From Clostridiales bacterium UBA1779 (GTDB lineage Bacteria > Bacillota > Clostridia > Oscillospirales > CAG-272): 42,923 nt of DNA. Where the stretch lies: assembly GCA_002314565.1 (NCBI GenBank), contig DCGL01000066.1, positions 19,146 through 62,068 of the forward strand, given 5' to 3'. Shown here one piece after another: positions 1 to 7,807 of the stretch. A program made the position numbers and the translations under genes. The notes beneath the pieces are model-generated. The model did no database searches. It worked only from the letters and a program-made list of their open reading frames with translations, and was not told the origin of the DNA. How positions within the stretch are numbered: position 1 is the first letter of the stretch; every line of letters begins with the position of its first letter.

Positions 1-1482
1 GCCCGCGTCGGATATACCGCTGACGTGAATAAATTTGCCGTCGCACAGAATATGGCAGTTCTTGAGACGAACGGAAAAGCAAGTGCAAGCTTCTTCTTCG
101 TAAACGTTGACCTGCCGCAGAAATACTGCACTGACGGATATTCGAATTTCTCAATTTCCGGAGGTATGTTCAAGTGCAACGGAAAAATGAAATTCATTGC
201 CTTTGCCTGCGCAGAGAACGTACGCTTTGAAAACATACTGATAAAGGACATTCCCAACAATCACGCATTCCAGATTGAGGGAAGCGAAAACGTCACTCTG
301 TGTAACCTTATGTTTGCAGGGTACAATTATCCCGAAAACGATCCGGTTCTGACGCGTGAAACGATTCAGCTTGAGCCCACAACCCCGGGTGCTATCGGAA
401 GCAACTACGATACGAACATAATCAAGTGCAACGACGGCGACTATCATCACTGCAGAAACGTCAGAATCACGGGCTGTTATTTCGGAGCAAGTGATAAGTA
501 CGGTCCTCAGCTCGTGGCAGTCGGACATCACAGCGCGTCAGGCGGTCTTGTCTGCGACGGATTTGAATTCTGCGATAACGTTGTGGACAATCCTCTTTAC
601 TGCGGACTGCATCTTCCGAACTATATTAACGTTACTGTCAGCGGAAACAAGTTCATTTCGACAGAGAAGTACGGAACGAAGTCCCTTGCTGCAGATACTG
701 CACTCATTTCTCTCTATTACTTCGATAAAACGCTTACCTATACGGATCCGACAGGTTCAAAGATTACTTATCTGTATAATTACGAATTGCCCGGATGCCA
801 GAATTTTGAGATTTTCAATAACGAGTTTGAAATCGGCGGAGATACCTATCTGCGTGCCTTCAGATGCATCGGTCTCAACAATACCTTCCGCAATTATGCA
901 GAATACGTAAGCGGAGGTGCACTGAGAGCAACGGAATACACAGGAAAGGCTTTTCTTCAGGACGGATACCTGATTAAGACCAACTGTATGTACAATATCA
1001 ACGTATACGACAACGTATTCAACGTCGTTTCTCAACCCAAGTATTCAAACTGCTTTATGTATGTTCAGAACGTCTGCGGCTTTACCTGTGAAAACAATAA
1101 GGTGAACCTTGCCGACGGTGTCAAATTCTCAATGGAATGGAACGGCGTTAACGGGGTTAACGGCGAAGCAATACTTATGGGAAAGAATACGTATACAAGA
1201 AAAATCAATTTAATGAAGAGCGACACAGTAAAAGTATACTTCGTATTCAACGGAAAAACTGAAATTCTTCCCGTAACCGGGAAAGCAACCGTTTCGCTTC
1301 TTTCCGACGGAAACGGCAGTATTGATCTTACAAACGATGAAAACGGCAATCTGTATGTGAACGTTACTCCGTTTGACGGATACGTTTTTTCCGGCTGGAC
1401 AAATAAAGACGGCACACCCATTGACTTCACTTCGGCACTGCAGAACGACGATTCATATACGGCTAATTTCGTTAATAAATAA
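1..1482 (+). CDS. Right-handed parallel beta-helix (pectin lyase-like) protein with a C-terminal InlB B-repeat-like module; 5'-truncated
   Basis: Frame is open from base 1 (ARVGYTADVNKF...). Repeated N/I/F-rich beta-helix rungs (ENVRFENILIKD, ENVTLCNLMF, RNVRITGCYF, NVTVSGNKF). C-terminal VTPFDGYVFSGWT...YTANF resembles a B-repeat. Confidence 0.7.
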   Translation, partial: ARVGYTADVNKFAVAQNMAVLETNGKASASFFFVNVDLPQKYCTDGYSNFSISGGMFKCNGKMKFIAFACAENVRFENILIKDIPNNHAFQIEGSENVTLCNLMFAGYNYPENDPVLTRETIQLEPTTPGAIGSNYDTNIIKCNDGDYHHCRNVRITGCYFGASDKYGPQLVAVGHHSASGGLVCDGFEFCDNVVDNPLYCGLHLPNYINVTVSGNKFISTEKYGTKSLAADTALISLYYFDKTLTYTDPTGSKITYLYNYELPGCQNFEIFNNEFEIGGDTYLRAFRCIGLNNTFRNYAEYVSGGALRATEYTGKAFLQDGYLIKTNCMYNINVYDNVFNVVSQPKYSNCFMYVQNVCGFTCENNKVNLADGVKFSMEWNGVNGVNGEAILMGKNTYTRKINLMKSDTVKVYFVFNGKTEILPVTGKATVSLLSDGNGSIDLTNDENGNLYVNVTPFDGYVFSGWTNKDGTPIDFTSALQNDDSYTANFVNK

Positions 1483-1486
1483 AATA

Positions 1487-1550
1487 CTGACAGGGGACGG
1501 TTTTATTCAGTCAGCTTTTGTCGCTGACCGGACAAACCGTCCCCTGTCAG
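1487..1550. terminator. Long nested stem-loop between convergent genes (probable bidirectional terminator or REP-like element)
   Basis: Perfect 17-bp inverted repeat CTGACAGGGGACGGTTT (1487-1503) / AAACCGTCCCCTGTCAG (1534-1550), with inner stem GTCAGC/GCTGAC. Confidence 0.6.
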
Positions 1551-1571
1551 ATTATGGATTATCTGCTTTTC

Positions 1572-2996
1572 TTACTTGATTATCACTGGATTGAAGCCCA
1601 TGAATTTTGCAAATGCTTCAAGCTCTGCCGGACTTACGTTATACACGAGAGCTGAATGATGAGTTCCGCCGGCTTCGGAATACTTCTTGAGGAAGTCGCC
1701 GACAGGCATCAGCGGATCAACCCAGCCCTGAACTACGTTGGCATAAGCTCCGACGGGGGAACCGTCGTCGGTCATCCGTACGGGAGCTATTATCAGGTCG
1801 AAACGTCCGTTTTCAGCGTCAAGGGGCACAAGGTTAACAAAGACAGCGTCGCCGGGACGGAAGCATCCGCCCATAACCACGGTATCACCGGTTGCGTCGT
1901 ATACGAAATGATCGTCGCTGATTACAGGTCTGAATTTTGAGAGAGTTGTGTTCATCTCGCCGTAATGGTTGAGATAAATCAGATTCTTTTCCCAGTCAGG
2001 GCAGAACATTTCGGCAAAGCTGACCATCGGATATACGCTCATAAGAGCACCGACAAGACCGGCTGTCAACGTGTCTCCTTCCCCGGCATAACCGCGTCCC
2101 ATTTCCATTTCCTTGCAGGCTTCAGTGAATGGCATCTTGAGCATTCCGTTGTCATAAACGTGCAGGAAGTTTATTGACAAGGCTGTCAGCTTTTCATCCT
2201 CAGCCCAGCGGCGAATTGCAAGTCCCGCCTTTGTTGCAAGACGGTAATTCTCGTAAGATTTTGAGAGCACGTTGTATTTTGCAGCATCAGACTTGAGCTC
2301 CGCGTCAACTTCTGCATCGGTAATCGAATTCTGAATCTTCTTTATGTACTCCTTCTCAAGATGAACGACCTCGGCACCGATCTGCTTCTTCATTACGTCG
2401 TCGTCAATGAGGAAATCGCCCATTCCTTCAAAGCGGAAGCCTGCAAGACCTATTCTTGCGTGTCTGAAGCTTCTGGCGGCCTCAGCAGCACGGCAGAGAG
2501 CGCAGAGTTCGCTTACAACGCTGCTGTGGAAAGCGTGGCCTGCAACGATTGTAAAGGGAATTGAGCGGCGTTTGAGCATACTGCACATTTCCTGAACGCC
2601 GTGAATGCCGTGGTTGGGATTCGACCTTTCCTCATAAGGAGCAGCACTGAGAAAATCGTAGTCAGGTGTGGTATCAAAAACAACAATCGGAGCCTTGAGT
2701 GAGACGAGAGAATCGATGGCCTCAAGAGAGGGGGAATAAGCTATATGCTGTGTGACTATGGCTGCAATTTCGGGGTCTGCGTTGAACTTTGCAGCAGCTG
2801 CTTCAAATTCGGGCTTAATCCTGCACAGACCGTCGCGGCAGACGTCTGTCGGCGGAAGTACGACCTCGAAGCCCTGACTCTCAATCATTGAAATCAGGGT
2901 GTTCATAAATTTTACGAGCGGAATTCTTCTCTCGGGATGTCCGTCGTCATAAAGCTTGGTATAAAAGGGAAGATATGCAATCTTTATTTTTTTCAT
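1572..2996 (-). CDS. L-fucose/L-arabinose isomerase family protein
   Basis: Motifs HGIHGVQEMCSML, RFEGMGDF, GYAGEGDTLTAGL, SFAEM..HYGEMN and GGTHHSALVY. Start moved to ATG 2996, which has GGAG upstream. Confidence 0.8.
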   Translation of the reverse strand: MKKIKIAYLPFYTKLYDDGHPERRIPLVKFMNTLISMIESQGFEVVLPPTDVCRDGLCRIKPEFEAAAAKFNADPEIAAIVTQHIAYSPSLEAIDSLVSLKAPIVVFDTTPDYDFLSAAPYEERSNPNHGIHGVQEMCSMLKRRSIPFTIVAGHAFHSSVVSELCALCRAAEAARSFRHARIGLAGFRFEGMGDFLIDDDVMKKQIGAEVVHLEKEYIKKIQNSITDAEVDAELKSDAAKYNVLSKSYENYRLATKAGLAIRRWAEDEKLTALSINFLHVYDNGMLKMPFTEACKEMEMGRGYAGEGDTLTAGLVGALMSVYPMVSFAEMFCPDWEKNLIYLNHYGEMNTTLSKFRPVISDDHFVYDATGDTVVMGGCFRPGDAVFVNLVPLDAENGRFDLIIAPVRMTDDGSPVGAYANVVQGWVDPLMPVGDFLKKYSEAGGTHHSALVYNVSPAELEAFAKFMGFNPVIIK

Positions 2997-3118
2997 AGTA
3001 TCTACTCCGTATAATATGATTTCTCGAAAAGAGATTAAATCATACAAATCCTTTTTTTAAACTGATTATTCGTGCGAAAAACAATATTGTCGGTTTTGTA
3101 TTGGAAGAAGTCCAAAGT

Positions 3119-3745
3119 TCAATCTTCAAGTGCTTTGCGTATAACTGAAGCTACCTGTTCGGCAAGGGCGGTATAACCCGCTTCGTTCGGATGAATTCCG
3201 TCCTCGGAAATAAAGTCCTCAAGATGTGCATCCATAATTGAGTAAAGGTCGTCAATCCGGACTCCTTCTTCGGTATACATTTTAACTGCAGCTTCGTTGT
3301 ATTCGCGTATTCCGGCATTCCAGGGTTCCTGAGCATCTGTCAGAAAGCGTTTCGGGAAGGCCCTGTCGGTGTTTTCAAGGGCGTTGATTGCCTTTCGTTC
3401 ATTAAGACGCTTGCCTCCCGGAATGGAGGTTGCCCAGATAAGCTTGTCGCCGTATTCTCGTGCAAGGCGCGCCAGACGTTTGTTGTCATAGAGATATTCC
3501 TCAAGGGTGGAGAAGTGGTCACCGAAGGGAGAAACGTGGTGAAGATCCCAGATACCGTTATTCCAGTGAATCACGTCGTAATGGCGCTCTCCTGCCCAGA
3601 TGGTGAAATTCCAGTATGTCTTTTTTGTATATGCGCAGTTATCATCGGGAAAATAAACGTCGGCTATATCCTCAAGCAGAGCACGTACTTTTTTGCAGTA
3701 ACCGATTCTTATTGAATCGCCGAGAAGAAGAACACTTTTTTTCAT
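3119..3745 (-). CDS. SGNH/GDSL family hydrolase (esterase)
   Basis: Block I LLGDSI, block III WNNGIWD, block V DGIHPNEAGY. Confidence 0.9.
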   Translation of the reverse strand: MKKSVLLLGDSIRIGYCKKVRALLEDIADVYFPDDNCAYTKKTYWNFTIWAGERHYDVIHWNNGIWDLHHVSPFGDHFSTLEEYLYDNKRLARLAREYGDKLIWATSIPGGKRLNERKAINALENTDRAFPKRFLTDAQEPWNAGIREYNEAAVKMYTEEGVRIDDLYSIMDAHLEDFISEDGIHPNEAGYTALAEQVASVIRKALED

Positions 3746-3769
3746 TTGGGAAAAGACCTTTCTAAGTTA

Positions 3770-3923
3770 TATTAGTGATTTATATACGCGAATTGTATAT
3801 GTGAATTTTATAAGCGAATAATATAAGCGAATAATATAAGCGAATAATATAAGCGAATAATATACGTGATAATATACATTATAATATACGTGAATTACAT
3901 ACGCGCATATTATACCACAATTA
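3770..3923. repeat. 13-bp tandem repeat (about 12 units, 4 perfect)
   Basis: TATAAGCGAATAA occurs 4 times exactly at 3809-3860. It is flanked by degenerate 12-13-bp units (TATACGCGAATTG, TATATGTGAATTT, TATACGTGATAA, TATACGTGAATTA, CATACGCGCATAT). Confidence 0.9.
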
Positions 3924-4026
3924 TGTTGCGTTTTTTCTTTGATTTTATAAAAACGCAAAATAAAGAGGAATTTGATATGCACAGCGACAAAAATCCGAAA
4001 AAATGGTAAAAAACCCAAAAAAAGAC

Positions 4027-4055
4027 TTGCAATTGCGGTCTCTTTGTGGTATAAT
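4027..4055 (+). promoter_or_regulatory. Sigma-A promoter of the tRNA
   Basis: TTGCAA-N17-TATAAT with extended TGn -10, 12 nt before the tRNA. Confidence 0.8.
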
Positions 4056-4067
4056 AATGAGCGTTGC

Positions 4068-4144
4068 GGAGGCATAGCTCAGCTGGTTAGAGTACTTGCT
4101 TGACATGCAAGGGGTCACTGGTTCGATTCCAGTTGTCTCCACCA
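4068..4144 (+). tRNA. tRNA-Val(GAC)
   Basis: Acceptor stem GGAGGCA/TGTCTCC, D-arm AGCTCAGCTGGTTAGAGT, anticodon arm CTTGC-TTGACAT-GCAAG, T-loop GGTTCGATTCC, encoded CCA; 77 nt. Confidence 0.97.
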
Positions 4145-4151
4145 CTTGAAG

Positions 4152-4182
4152 GCAGACCGATTTGTTCGGTCTGTTTTTTTTT
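4152..4182 (+). terminator. Rho-independent terminator of the tRNA
   Basis: GCAGACCGA-TTTGT-TCGGTCTGT followed by a T-run. Confidence 0.85.
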
Positions 4183-4202
4183 GCAATTTTCCTGACGTTA
4201 AT

Positions 4203-4374
4203 ATCAGTGAGGTAGAATTGCGAAAAACAGGATTTCTACCTCACTGATTTTTTTGATTTTGAAAAAACAGTGAGGTATATCAATAAAAAACGACAGCCGT
4301 ACCTCACTGATTTTTGATAATGAAATAATTCAGTGAGGTAGAATTGCGAAAAAGAGGATTTCTACCTCACTGAT
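4203..4374. repeat. 63-bp-period array of alternately inverted 10-bp motifs (3 hairpin units)
   Basis: CAGTGAGGTA at 4205, 4268 and 4331; its reverse complement TACCTCACTG at 4237, 4300 and 4363. Confidence 0.9.
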
Positions 4375-4418
4375 TGCCAATACAAAGTCTCTTCCGGCAC
4401 GGCTGCACCGTGCCATTT

Positions 4419-4470
4419 GCAGGAAATCCGGTTAACCGTCAAAGGCGGTTAACCGGATTTCCTGCTTTTT
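4419..4470 (+). terminator. 20-bp perfect stem-loop followed by T5
   Basis: GCAGGAAATCCGGTTAACCG (4419-4438) / CGGTTAACCGGATTTCCTGC (4446-4465), then TTTTT. Confidence 0.65.
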
Positions 4471-4503
4471 GAATTAGCTATCTTTTTATTAAATTATGCT
4501 TTA

Positions 4504-6042
4504 TCAGTCACGCAGGTTTTCAAGTTTGCTATTGAGAACGTCGCAGACAATACCGTACGCGCTTTCGAACTTTTTGATGCTTGCAGCACCGCTGTTTGCT
4601 GAGGAGACTATATCACGCATTTTATTCTGCCAGTAGAACATTGAGACGTACATATAGATGCTGTCCATTTCGATTGAATTATAAATTAAATCGAGCATCT
4701 TTTTGCTTTCGATGTTGTTCATATACCTGTAAGACATAGCAGTGTCGTAGTAAGCGGGGAAGACTTTATCACAGCTCTCGGCGCATATTTTTTCATATAC
4801 GTGAGATACCATATCAATTCTGTCGTCACCGACGTTGCTGACAATTGAAATTACAGAAAGCTGATCCTGAACGTAGCCGTGATAGCTTTCCTGTTCTTTG
4901 TCATACTTGGGAAAGGGAACAATTCCGTAATCTCCGCTGAATTCGGAGGCTGTAAGAGTTTCTTCTATCTCCCCGAGTCGGACGCAGGCCATAAGACATT
5001 TTTCTTCGGCAAACATAGTTATTCTTGTTTTGTTATAAGAAACGTCGCTTTCACCGACAGCGGTAATATCAAGTGAATCAGAGGATTTAACAATCAGCTG
5101 CTGTACCAAATCAACTGCATTGATGAGCTTGTCGGCGTCAATGGTCAGGTGATATAAGCCTTCCTTGTCCTGGTTCAGGAAGCGGATTCCGAAAGAAGTC
5201 CAGTATGGGTCAACTGATGTCAGAGTGCCCGAAACGAAGCCGTAAAAATCTTCCTCATCCTTTTTCTGGTTACCGTTTACATCCTTATAAGTGTCTTTGA
5301 TAAGTTCAAGCTGCTTTTCGATGGTCCATTCGCCGTTGACGGTGAGTTCATAAAGATCCGGAAGGTTGTGGCTGTTAAAAAGATCCTTGTTGTATATTGT
5401 GACGTAGAGGTTCCTGATCAGTGAAATTGAAAACATACCCGTTGCAGTATACTGCTGAGTGGGAAGTCCCATACCTTCATTGTATCCCTGCGCCAAGTAG
5501 TGCTTTTCAAGGTTTACGTTGTCAAGTTCTTTGAGATTGTAAAAATCGCCTTCGACTACGTATGGGGTCTGTATCCATCCTCCCATGGTGCAGATATCAT
5601 AGGCGGTCTCACCGGCTTTGACGAGAACGGAGATCTGTTCGGGAACGTAGGATTCAGATGTTGAATCCGAAAGAGTGATTTTGAACTTTACGTTCAAATC
5701 CTTTTCAACCTGTGCGTTTCTCTTGAAAACGGCGTCGTTTACTATATTGCCTTCTATTTCAGTTGTATAGAATTCATCCTTCGTACCGTTATGTCCCGTT
5801 GCATAAATTGAGATTACTTCACCGCCGTAATCTTCGTTCTTCAGGTCACAGGTGAAATTCGGGTCGGAGGTTTCAACAGGCTCGGTATTATCCGGTTCCG
5901 ACGTTGATACAAGAGCTTCGGATGTGGTTGCGGTTTGTGTGCTGTTTTGGGCACAGCCGGCAAACGCCGGCAGTATTGAAACCGTAATAAGAAGAAGTGC
6001 AACCAGAGAAAGGCTTGTTTTTCTGATATTTATTTTTTCCAT
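4504..6042 (-). CDS. Extracellular solute-binding lipoprotein (carbohydrate SBP type)
   Basis: Lipobox FAGC, T/S/E-rich tether, SBP-like motifs NIVNDAVFKRN, GEWTIEK, DYGIVPFPKYD. ATG 6042 lies downstream of GGGGT. Confidence 0.8.
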   Translation of the reverse strand: MEKINIRKTSLSLVALLLITVSILPAFAGCAQNSTQTATTSEALVSTSEPDNTEPVETSDPNFTCDLKNEDYGGEVISIYATGHNGTKDEFYTTEIEGNIVNDAVFKRNAQVEKDLNVKFKITLSDSTSESYVPEQISVLVKAGETAYDICTMGGWIQTPYVVEGDFYNLKELDNVNLEKHYLAQGYNEGMGLPTQQYTATGMFSISLIRNLYVTIYNKDLFNSHNLPDLYELTVNGEWTIEKQLELIKDTYKDVNGNQKKDEEDFYGFVSGTLTSVDPYWTSFGIRFLNQDKEGLYHLTIDADKLINAVDLVQQLIVKSSDSLDITAVGESDVSYNKTRITMFAEEKCLMACVRLGEIEETLTASEFSGDYGIVPFPKYDKEQESYHGYVQDQLSVISIVSNVGDDRIDMVSHVYEKICAESCDKVFPAYYDTAMSYRYMNNIESKKMLDLIYNSIEMDSIYMYVSMFYWQNKMRDIVSSANSGAASIKKFESAYGIVCDVLNSKLENLRD

Positions 6043-6063
6043 TATCAATTACCCCGCGAATAA

Positions 6064-7593
6064 TTATTTAAGCAGCTTTTTGAAGGTATAGTTGAAGCCT
6101 TCGGTTACGATTGAGTAAGCAGAAGAATAACTTTTGATAGCCGAGGCAGGAGTTGAAGTGGCGCCTGCCATATCGCGCATCTTACCGGTCCATGAGAACA
6201 TTGAGTTGTACATATAAACACTGTCGATTTGAATTGAATTGTAGATAAGGTCAAGCATCTTTTTGCTTTCGATGTTGTTCATATATCTGTATGAAAGAGC
6301 TGTTTCATAGAAAGCAGGGAAGACCTTGTCATAGCTTTCGGCGCAGAGTTTTTCAAGTGTGGCACCGACTGCATCGATTCTGTCATCTGCAACAGTATTG
6401 ACAATGGCAATGACTGAAAGCTGATCCTGAACGTAGCCGTAATACTGTTCCTGATCTTTTGAGAGCTTCGGGAAAGGAGCGATTCCGTAATCACCCTTGT
6501 ATTCCGTTGCAGAAAGCTTCTGCTCAATTTCACCGAGTCTGACCTCGACCATAGCGCACTGCTCTTCGGCGAACATATCCGTTCTGACTGTTGAAAGAAC
6601 TGTATCCTCACTGATACTGTTCAGGTCAAAAGTATCGGGATTGCCGACAAGCAGCTTCTGAACCAGTTCGCAGGCATTGATGAGTCTGTCGGGGTCAAGT
6701 GAAAAAACGAAATCGTCATTGTTGTCAACCGACAAAAAGCTGATACCGAATCCGGTCCAGAAAGGATCGGCTGAGGTGTATGTACCTCCTACAAAACCGT
6801 AGAAATCTGCGGAATCACGCACGTTGTTGCCGTTAAGGTCTTTGTAGCTGTCTTTTATGATTTCGAGCAGTTTTTCAATGGTCCATTCACCGTTGACCGT
6901 CAGTTCGTAAAGGTCGGGAAGCTTACGGTCGTTGAAAATGTCTTTGCTGTAAAGAGTGACGTAAAGATTGCGGATCATTGAGAGCGAGAACATACCGGTT
7001 GCGGTGTACTGCTGTTCTGATGTTCCTATGGTTGAGTTGTATCCCTGAGTCCAGTAAAATTTGCCGAGATTCAGATTTTCAACTTCTCTCATATTATAAA
7101 AATCGCCTTCAAGAACGAACGGAGTCTGTGTATATCCGCCCATGGTGCAAAGGTCATACGCCGGGTCACCGGATTTAACAAGGTTGGAAATTTCATTGGG
7201 AACAAACGATTCACCGTTGGAAGTTGACAGAGTGATATTCAGTTTGACGTTAAGATCGTTTTCAACCTGAAGATTCCTTTTATAAACGGCATCGTTTACA
7301 ATGTTTCCTTCGATTTCTTTTGTATAAAATTCATCCGTCGTGGACTGATGACCCGTAGCATAGATGGAGATTGTTTCGCCTGCAAGGTCAAGTCCCTTTA
7401 TGTCGCAGGTGAAATTCGGATCAGTGGTTTCAACGGGCTCGGTTTCAATGGGAGCGGAGGTTGATATAATAGCCTCTGCCGACGTTTCCGTCTGTGTGCC
7501 GTTTTGGGCACAGCCGAAAAGTAAAAGAGTTGAGATGAGCAGCAACACTGACAGTGTTGAAATCAAGGCGTTGCGATGACCGTTTTTTTTCAT
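6064..7593 (-). CDS. Extracellular solute-binding lipoprotein, tandem paralog of 4504-6042
   Basis: Lipobox LFGC, same motifs as the neighbouring SBP, GGAGG ahead of ATG 7593. Confidence 0.8.
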   Translation of the reverse strand: MKKNGHRNALISTLSVLLLISTLLLFGCAQNGTQTETSAEAIISTSAPIETEPVETTDPNFTCDIKGLDLAGETISIYATGHQSTTDEFYTKEIEGNIVNDAVYKRNLQVENDLNVKLNITLSTSNGESFVPNEISNLVKSGDPAYDLCTMGGYTQTPFVLEGDFYNMREVENLNLGKFYWTQGYNSTIGTSEQQYTATGMFSLSMIRNLYVTLYSKDIFNDRKLPDLYELTVNGEWTIEKLLEIIKDSYKDLNGNNVRDSADFYGFVGGTYTSADPFWTGFGISFLSVDNNDDFVFSLDPDRLINACELVQKLLVGNPDTFDLNSISEDTVLSTVRTDMFAEEQCAMVEVRLGEIEQKLSATEYKGDYGIAPFPKLSKDQEQYYGYVQDQLSVIAIVNTVADDRIDAVGATLEKLCAESYDKVFPAFYETALSYRYMNNIESKKMLDLIYNSIQIDSVYMYNSMFSWTGKMRDMAGATSTPASAIKSYSSAYSIVTEGFNYTFKKLLK

Positions 7594-7612
7594 TTTGTCC
7601 TCCGTGAAGTGA

Positions 7613-7628
7613 TAATGATATAACAAAT
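7613..7628. promoter_or_regulatory. Candidate operator TAATGATATAACAAAT
   Basis: 17-bp exact match to 7789-7805; lies between the leftward promoter and the SBP RBS. Confidence 0.65.
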
Positions 7629-7648
7629 TGCGGCGTTTTTATAGCATT

Positions 7649-7677
7649 ATTATACAATGAAGCGTATTGAAAGTCAA
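7649..7677 (-). promoter_or_regulatory. Sigma-A promoter of the SBP pair
   Basis: Minus strand TTGACT-N17-TATAAT. Confidence 0.75.
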
Positions 7678-7736
7678 TTAAAAATCTTATAATCAATAGG
7701 AATCTGTTGTTTTTCTTTATTGTTATTGCTGTTTTC

Positions 7737-7765
7737 TTGACAAATACTTTCGATAATGCTATAAT
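7737..7765 (+). promoter_or_regulatory. Sigma-A promoter of the MBL-SBP operon
   Basis: Perfect TTGACA-N17-TATAAT with TGn extension. Confidence 0.85.
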
Positions 7766-7787
7766 ATTTTAACTGAAACGAGAAGGC

Positions 7788-7803
7788 AAATGATATAACA
7801 AAT
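7788..7803. promoter_or_regulatory. Candidate operator AAATGATATAACAAAT
   Basis: Second copy of the motif, downstream of the rightward promoter. Confidence 0.65.
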
Positions 7804-7807
7804 TGGA

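Noticed and set aside
4068-4144. tRNA-Val as attachment site of a genomic island
   Set aside because: No integrase, and no duplicated tRNA 3' end noticed elsewhere in the window (checked by eye only).
3767-4145. ORFs 3767-4075 and 3945-4145 (minus strand)
   Set aside because: They are antisense to the tRNA and its promoter and run through the tandem repeat; the composition is not protein-like.
4203-4374. CRISPR array or 21-aa repeat protein
   Set aside because: Motifs alternate in orientation, units 1 and 3 share the same loop, and stop codons in or next to the motifs close the frames.
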